The position numbers and the translations under genes were made by a program. Shown piece by piece: positions 58,278 to 64,000 of a stretch of 64,000 nt of DNA. The first letter of the stretch is position 1. The number at the start of each line of letters is the position of its first letter. This stretch comes from Candidatus Bathyarchaeia archaeon. GTDB lineage: Archaea > Thermoproteota > Bathyarchaeia > Bathyarchaeales > Bathycorpusculaceae. The notes under the pieces were generated by a model, which was not told the DNA's origin, ran no database searches, and saw nothing but the letters and a program-made list of their open reading frames with translations. The stretch spans positions 64,001 to 128,000 of the forward strand of contig JBEKSS010000004.1 in assembly GCA_049516875.1 (NCBI GenBank). Reading direction: 5' to 3'.

Positions 58278-58924
58278 ACGATTTGAAGGTTCTAAGCATA
58301 TCACCACACACTGATGATGCAGTTGTGGCCTCGGGTGGCTCTATCTCAAGGATTCTGGAAGAGGGGGCTCAAGTTTTCTACTTGGGCTTAAGCATAGCCG
58401 AAGAATCAGTTCCAGCAGGTTTTCCGAAAAATGCAGTGGAGAGCGAAACCCGACTCGCTACCCAAGAGCTAGGGATAGACCCCAAAAAAGTCTATGTCCA
58501 ACACTTCCCAGTTCGCAGGTTCAATGAGCACCGCCAAGAGATATTAGATCTTCTTGTGAGGCTCAGAAACGAAATAAAGCCTGATATGGTTTTTGTTCCT
58601 ACGACTGTGGACATACATCAAGATCACGAGGTAGTAACTCGGGAGTCTATCAGAGCTTTCAGAAACTGGTGTTCAATCTACGGTTACGACATTCCATGGA
58701 ATGATCTGTACGGAACGAAAATGAACGTCTTCTACGAGTTGAATGAAAGACATATGGAAATGAAGTTGAAGGCAGTCAGTTGTCTGAAATCTCAAATCGC
58801 GAAAAAAGCGAGCTATTTAACAGCGCAGTATCTTAGGAGCATTGCAATTGAGAGAGGTGTCAGGATTAAGGCAGAATATGCTGAGGTGTATGAAGCCATC
58901 CGCGATATAAGGAGGATTCATTAG
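58274..58924 (+). CDS. PIG-L/LmbE family N-deacetylase
   Basis: SPHTDD and DIHQDH motifs. Confidence 0.88.
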   Translation: MNDLKVLSISPHTDDAVVASGGSISRILEEGAQVFYLGLSIAEESVPAGFPKNAVESETRLATQELGIDPKKVYVQHFPVRRFNEHRQEILDLLVRLRNEIKPDMVFVPTTVDIHQDHEVVTRESIRAFRNWCSIYGYDIPWNDLYGTKMNVFYELNERHMEMKLKAVSCLKSQIAKKASYLTAQYLRSIAIERGVRIKAEYAEVYEAIRDIRRIH

Positions 58925-59781
58925 TGAAGAGGTTCCAAGATGTTGAAGAACTCGTTCTAGGCAAAAACGTCAAGATAGAAGAAAATGTATCTCTGAAGGG
59001 AAGAAGGATCGTAATTGGAGAAGGAACTGTCTTAAGGAGCGGCGCTAAGATCGAGGTTTCAGAGTCTCTTGAGATCGGCAACAGATCCATTGTTGGTGAA
59101 AACACCCGAATAATGGGGAGGTCCATTCAGCTTGGCCGGGAGTTCTATAGCAACCATGATGTTGAAATAGGGGGAGGCAGCTGCTTCGAAAGAAAATCAA
59201 AACTAACAGTAGGCTATTGGTTCCATCTAGGATCATATGCCATCGTGAACACTGCAATGGAGGTCAAAATTGGCAACGAAGTCGGCATGGGACGCCTCAC
59301 AAACATATACACTCATGGAGCATACCAATCTGTGCTGAAGGGGTTTCCAGTTGATTTTGGGCCAATAACCATTGGAAACAATGTCTGGATACCTGGAGCT
59401 ACCGTCCTTCCGCATGTAACTATCGGAGACAATGTAGTGATTGGGGTGGGCTCATTGGTGTTAAAAGACCTTCCATCCAACTGTTTGGCGGCGGGCGTTC
59501 CCTGCAAGATCCTCAAGGAGAATTGCTATCCACGCAAACTATCTTTGGAAGAAAAACTCGAGATGATTAAAAGAATCAACAATGAATGGAACCTCGGCAT
59601 GGAATATTTGAAAGGCGGGAAGTTTAAGATAAATAATGCCTGCATCGATTTTGAGGATATGCAGTTTACAGGCAAATCCTCTGAGAGAAGCGAGAGAGCA
59701 AGGAATGTTTTGCGTCGGCACGGAATACGTTTCAAGGTAGACATCGTAGAGGGGGAATATGCGGAATGGAAGGACAAATGA
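58924..59781 (+). CDS. Hexapeptide-repeat acyltransferase
   Basis: LbetaH repeats, IYTHG, IGNNVWI and AAGVPCK. Confidence 0.85.
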   Translation: MKRFQDVEELVLGKNVKIEENVSLKGRRIVIGEGTVLRSGAKIEVSESLEIGNRSIVGENTRIMGRSIQLGREFYSNHDVEIGGGSCFERKSKLTVGYWFHLGSYAIVNTAMEVKIGNEVGMGRLTNIYTHGAYQSVLKGFPVDFGPITIGNNVWIPGATVLPHVTIGDNVVIGVGSLVLKDLPSNCLAAGVPCKILKENCYPRKLSLEEKLEMIKRINNEWNLGMEYLKGGKFKINNACIDFEDMQFTGKSSERSERARNVLRRHGIRFKVDIVEGEYAEWKDK

Positions 59782-60219
59782 CTTGATACTTCTGTCATTA
59801 AACCTGGAGGACTGACAAGTTCCGCTCAAATTCGGTTGGTGAGCGGATTCTGACATACATATGGAACAGAACTGCACCTTTCGACTTTTCTCAGATTGAT
59901 CTCCGCATTCTTAGAAAGTCCCCCGGCTGTATTCTTCCAAGAGGTATAACATCTTTGCTCGAGAATACAGAAGCTGCCAAATGTGTTCAGAGCGCGCGCT
60001 AGGTTGCGCATTTCTCTTGCTTTATGGGATCCTTAGGCTACAACTTCCTTCTCTGCCAGTTATCGCATTGTCTTTGCTGAGGCAACTCCATAACAACACA
60101 AATATATGCTCATACGAGATTATCCATGAACCACCAATCAACGTGAACATTTGGCTAAAGAAGAATTGAGGCTGCAGTATTCGCGCGCTATCATCGTAAT
60201 ACATACTGTCTATTAGTGA

Positions 60220-61725
60220 GTGTCGTGGTTGAGAGACGATAATACATTGATAAGAATTAGGATAGACGTTGACTATCCTTACCCTTCAAGATTCAGGAGC
60301 TTTCTCTACGCATCTCTAGGCATTAGAGCAAGCAAAGAATATCTGAAAAACCCCAAAATAGTTGCAAGAATGATCAATGAATCTCCTCATAATGTCAAGG
60401 CATACTGGTTCTTCACACCGAAGACTATCCCTGACAAAGAACTGCTAGCATTGCTGGAAAATGAAAGGCATGAAGTTGCACTTCACATAATCAATGATCC
60501 ATATGGCGAATTGAAGAATTTGGAGGATTTGACGGGCAAAAAAATCGGATATTATACGATACATGGAACGGCAAGATTGTTTGCAAGAATCATGTGGAAG
60601 AGATGGAAAAGCTGGGCGCCAAGAATCCCAGAAGAATTTCCGCTACAGTCTTTTCACGAATTTCCCACAGTGGGTTTAGATAGCTTATGTTATTCTACCT
60701 CACTTGACCAAGCCCTAAAGGCAGCTGAAGGCCACATCAGAAAAGGCGACGTGGTATACTTCCATCCAATATGGCTTTTTCAGCGAGGAAAATTGAACCG
60801 CAGAGGGCCATTCTATGAAGCTCTCAAGAGGATTCTGGCAGTCGATAGCGAACTTGAGTCCATATCGATTAGTGAGAAATTCTCGATTAGAATAGCCAGA
60901 GATCAAAGAGAGTACGAAACAAATATCGTTCCAACTGGGGAACTTCTTCAGAAACTCGGAGAAAGAGGAGTAGACATATTCACGTTCCTCGAGAGGACTT
61001 GGTGCTACAAAATTCAAAACCCACAGAAGTCTTGGCTGAAGGCCAGTGACAACGTTGCACTCCTTAACTTGAACAGTTACGATGAATGGTGGGCAAGCAT
61101 AGGCAAGAAAACACGCAATATGATTCGCAAAGCAGAAAAAAGTGGGATAATGACAGGCGTTGCCAAGCCAGATGAAAGACTGGCTGAAGGTATATGGAAG
61201 ATATACAATGAAACGCCTATACGACAAGAAAGGGGTTTCCCATACTACGGAATCTCGTTGCGCCAAGTGATAAAAGGAGACCTGCACTCAGCGCAAAATT
61301 GGACCTACATTGGAGCATACTTCCAAAATGAACTTGTAGGATTCATACGGCTCGTTAACGGCGACAATATAACGATAATATCTCTAATACTTTCACTGCA
61401 GAAACATTGGAACAAGGCGGTGAACAACGCGCTAGTAGCCAAAGCGATTGAAGTCTGTGCAAGCAGGGGTGCGAAATGGATCATGTATGGCAGAATTGGA
61501 AACCATCCGTCGCTAGACAACTTCAAAAACAACAATGCATTCAAAAAGTTCACGTTAACGCGCTATTACGTTCCCTTAACGAGTAAAGGTAAGTTGGCGA
61601 TGAAACTGGGTCTTCATAGGGAGATTAAGGATGCCCTCCCGCAGTCAGTGAAATACCCGCTCATCCCCATCTATAACTGGATTAGCAGAACGAAAATGAG
61701 AATGAAGCTTTATTTGCAACGCTGA
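60220..61725 (+). CDS. Polysaccharide-deacetylase-like domain fused to a GNAT/FemAB-like domain
   Basis: N-terminal RIDVD, EVALH, TIHG and YFHP; C-terminal KKTRNMIRKAEKSG and NNALVAKAIE..SLDNFK. Confidence 0.72.
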   Translation: MSWLRDDNTLIRIRIDVDYPYPSRFRSFLYASLGIRASKEYLKNPKIVARMINESPHNVKAYWFFTPKTIPDKELLALLENERHEVALHIINDPYGELKNLEDLTGKKIGYYTIHGTARLFARIMWKRWKSWAPRIPEEFPLQSFHEFPTVGLDSLCYSTSLDQALKAAEGHIRKGDVVYFHPIWLFQRGKLNRRGPFYEALKRILAVDSELESISISEKFSIRIARDQREYETNIVPTGELLQKLGERGVDIFTFLERTWCYKIQNPQKSWLKASDNVALLNLNSYDEWWASIGKKTRNMIRKAEKSGIMTGVAKPDERLAEGIWKIYNETPIRQERGFPYYGISLRQVIKGDLHSAQNWTYIGAYFQNELVGFIRLVNGDNITIISLILSLQKHWNKAVNNALVAKAIEVCASRGAKWIMYGRIGNHPSLDNFKNNNAFKKFTLTRYYVPLTSKGKLAMKLGLHREIKDALPQSVKYPLIPIYNWISRTKMRMKLYLQR

Positions 61726-61902
61726 GCAGTGTTCTTGATTCATCATTTTCTCTCATCGTTGTCAGGAGTGATCAGTCTCCTTAAACCGAATTTGTCTCCA
61801 CGTGTATCAAGTCAATGTTGTCAAAGATTAGACAGAAAACTTTCAGCAAAGCAAGATTAAATAATCTCAGCAATATGCATTGAGCAACAGTGGGACGAAG
61901 GG

Positions 61903-63390
61903 TTGACAGAAAAAGGCATCAGACTGGCATATTCGGGCTATGTGATTTTTGCAGCCAGAATAGTTAGTGTGGTCACTAGCCTAGTTTTTGCATTGATGTT
62001 GAGCCGTGAATTAATCACCGCTGTAAGTCAGAGACCCTACGATTTGTGGTATAATATCGGCGACGTGACGGCATGGTTTACTTTGATGACCGGCGTGTTG
62101 CCATTCTGGGCAATGCGATTCGCTATCAGGCAAAGGGAAGGGGCGATAAAAACTGGCATTTTCGCAAACTTGATAATCTCGGCATTAGCCTTTCTGATAT
62201 ATCTTCTGCTGGTTCCCTTGATAACCGCGTCACTCGGGATCAGCCAAACTTTTGTTCCAGCATACTTGGTCGCCGGATTCTGGATTATGGAAGTTTATTC
62301 TATTGGTATCTTGGAGACAAGCCTGCAAACAAAGACTCCGCAGGTGGTAGGTTACGGACTTATCTTGCAGCAAATCTCTGTAGTTGCTTTAGGCTACGTT
62401 CTTATTGTCTTGTTTCATCAATCGCTTTTGGGGGCAGTCCTTGCAAATGCCCTTTCATTTGTTCCCCAAATAGTATACTATTTTGCCCTGCTTGCCCCTG
62501 AACTGAAACAGAGAATCAGATGGGAATACCTAGGAGAATGGCTGAAAGGATCATTGCTGAACATTTACAATATAGCCGGATACCAGATAGCAACCGTAAT
62601 TTTCATAATGTTACTCGCTTACGGCTCCGAAGGAGCCCGAGGCAGGCTTGGTGCAGCGGGGACAATCGTCAACATGATCGGGTATTCTTCCTACTTGGCC
62701 TTTGCCCTTTACCCGAAACTCTTGGCAGAGAAGAAAAGCGAAGACATAACCACTTCTCTGAAAATGGTTCTAATGTTTGCCATACCCTTAACAATCGGCG
62801 CAATTGCACTTTCAGATTCATACATAACAATTCTAACGGACAAATATATGGACGCAGCACCAGTGCTGGCCGTGCTAGCAATAGACTCTTTCGTGGCTGT
62901 AGTGTCCGGGCTTTTTTTGAACGTGCTTTACGGGGTTGAAACAGTTGATGAAGGAAAAAAGTTGTCTTTGAAGCAGCTGGCAAAAAGTCGACTTTTCCTA
63001 GCGTTTTCGCTACCATATTTTCAATCTCTCATAACCATTCCGGCAGCATTCTATTTTCTTACAAAATACGCTCTGAACCAACCACTTCAGGCAGCCCTCT
63101 ATGTGGCCATAATAAACTCGGCAGCCCGTTTCGCGATGTTTTTGGTGCTGTACGTCATTGTGCGAAAGATGATTAAAATACACATTCCATGGAAAACCAT
63201 AGCAAAATATGTATTAGCTGCAGCCGTTATGGGAATCATTATCTACGTGATCCCTCACCCGACAAAAATCCTTCCCACTCTGGCCGAAACAGCGATAGGT
63301 GGAATCATCTACTTAGCATTGATAATGGCCATTGACAAAGAAGCAAGAGCTTTGCCTGGTCACATAATAGAAACATTGAGGGGCAGATGA
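61903..63390 (+). CDS. Polysaccharide flippase-like (MOP/Wzx) membrane protein
   Basis: Roughly 13-14 TM segments; lies at the end of the glycan locus. Confidence 0.75.
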   Translation: MTEKGIRLAYSGYVIFAARIVSVVTSLVFALMLSRELITAVSQRPYDLWYNIGDVTAWFTLMTGVLPFWAMRFAIRQREGAIKTGIFANLIISALAFLIYLLLVPLITASLGISQTFVPAYLVAGFWIMEVYSIGILETSLQTKTPQVVGYGLILQQISVVALGYVLIVLFHQSLLGAVLANALSFVPQIVYYFALLAPELKQRIRWEYLGEWLKGSLLNIYNIAGYQIATVIFIMLLAYGSEGARGRLGAAGTIVNMIGYSSYLAFALYPKLLAEKKSEDITTSLKMVLMFAIPLTIGAIALSDSYITILTDKYMDAAPVLAVLAIDSFVAVVSGLFLNVLYGVETVDEGKKLSLKQLAKSRLFLAFSLPYFQSLITIPAAFYFLTKYALNQPLQAALYVAIINSAARFAMFLVLYVIVRKMIKIHIPWKTIAKYVLAAAVMGIIIYVIPHPTKILPTLAETAIGGIIYLALIMAIDKEARALPGHIIETLRGR

Positions 63391-63507
63391 AGAAAGCCTG
63401 ACATTACACACTTATTGGCTTAGTAGATTGCGCCGGTTTCGCGACATCATCGAACTGTAGCGACCGACACAAACGCATTACTTTTTTTCAAGTCATTGTG
63501 AGAGGTG

Positions 63508-63777
63508 CTATGATAAGAGTTCAGACAAAAGAGCATTCAACTCGTCCTTGTCCTTCAAGTCTCGGAAAATGGCTTTGCCACTTCCATACAGTCGAAAAGA
63601 AAATTTTCTGAAAGTCAATTCGAAAACTATCCCAGCAATAGATTTCTTAAGAGCAGCCTTTGCCAAAATCTTCTTGACTGCCTCATCTTTCTTGTCGAAC
63701 TTGAACGTCACGATAACATCCTGTTCTTTTCCACATGTTCCCTCAGTTCTGGCCACGTAATCCTCTGTGGTGACCAT
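63508..63777 (-). CDS. Hypothetical protein coupled to cysteine desulfurase
   Basis: TAATG overlap with the upstream gene; single Cys in GTCG; LYGSGKAIF motif. Confidence 0.75.
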   Translation of the reverse strand: MVTTEDYVARTEGTCGKEQDVIVTFKFDKKDEAVKKILAKAALKKSIAGIVFELTFRKFSFRLYGSGKAIFRDLKDKDELNALLSELLS

Positions 63778-64000
63778 TAGAACTGGCCAATCTCCTTCAA
63801 GACTTCGGTGAATCGATCAATCTCTTCACGAGTGTTATATATGTAGAAGCTAACTCTTGCGGTCGAGCTCAGCTTGAATATCTCATGTAACGGTTGAGCG
63901 CAGTGGAAGCCGCTCCTGACCATTATGCCGTAATTGTCAAGAAACAGCGCAACATCATGCGAACTAAGTCCATCGATTCCAAACGGTATTATCCCGCACT
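63777..64000 (-). CDS. sufS: Cysteine desulfurase (SufS-type), 3' part
   Basis: Reads ..SSHDVALFLDNYGIMVRSGFHCAQPLH..RVSFYIYNT..*. Confidence 0.9.
   Translation of the reverse strand, partial: CGIIPFGIDGLSSHDVALFLDNYGIMVRSGFHCAQPLHEIFKLSSTARVSFYIYNTREEIDRFTEVLKEIGQF

Noticed and set aside
1218-63016. Numerous antisense or overlapping ORFs in the track (e.g. 1218-1694, 12725-13318, 18104-18715, 60715-61287)
   Set aside because: Shadow ORFs of well-supported genes, with no motifs

Overview
Archaeal chromosomal window, most consistent with Bathyarchaeia (archaeal ThrRS/ProRS, aMBF1-hflX-trm56-tfe block, multi-intron tRNA, frequent TTG/GTG starts). It contains: the tail of an alpha-glucan/glycogen cluster; two tungsten oxidoreductases (WOR5/ASOR-type with its polyferredoxin subunit, and FOR-type); tdh-kbl; apgM, proS, thrS, ilvE, alaA-like and glpX-like genes; a PAS/GAF histidine kinase plus response regulator; tRNA-Glu(CTC) with two BHB introns; tRNA-Val(TAC); and an ~18.5 kb surface-glycan locus (44.9-63.4 kb). 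The most notable observations are four. (i) The glycan locus has an orphan E1alpha/E1beta ThDP pair between an NDP-sugar dehydratase-like SDR and a DegT aminotransferase (candidate branched-chain sugar pathway), plus two deacylase/acylase pairs. (ii) A family of short non-coding inverted-repeat elements is shared between a tldD-pmbA deletion scar (3.6-4.25 kb) and the region downstream of tRNA-Val (44.1-44.45 kb). (iii) Decayed paralog fragments indicate cassette turnover in the glycan locus. (iv) There is a half-GT4 protein, a five-repeat pilin-like surface protein, and apparent non-canonical starts for hflX and E1beta. All family calls come from motif recognition by eye; no searches were run.
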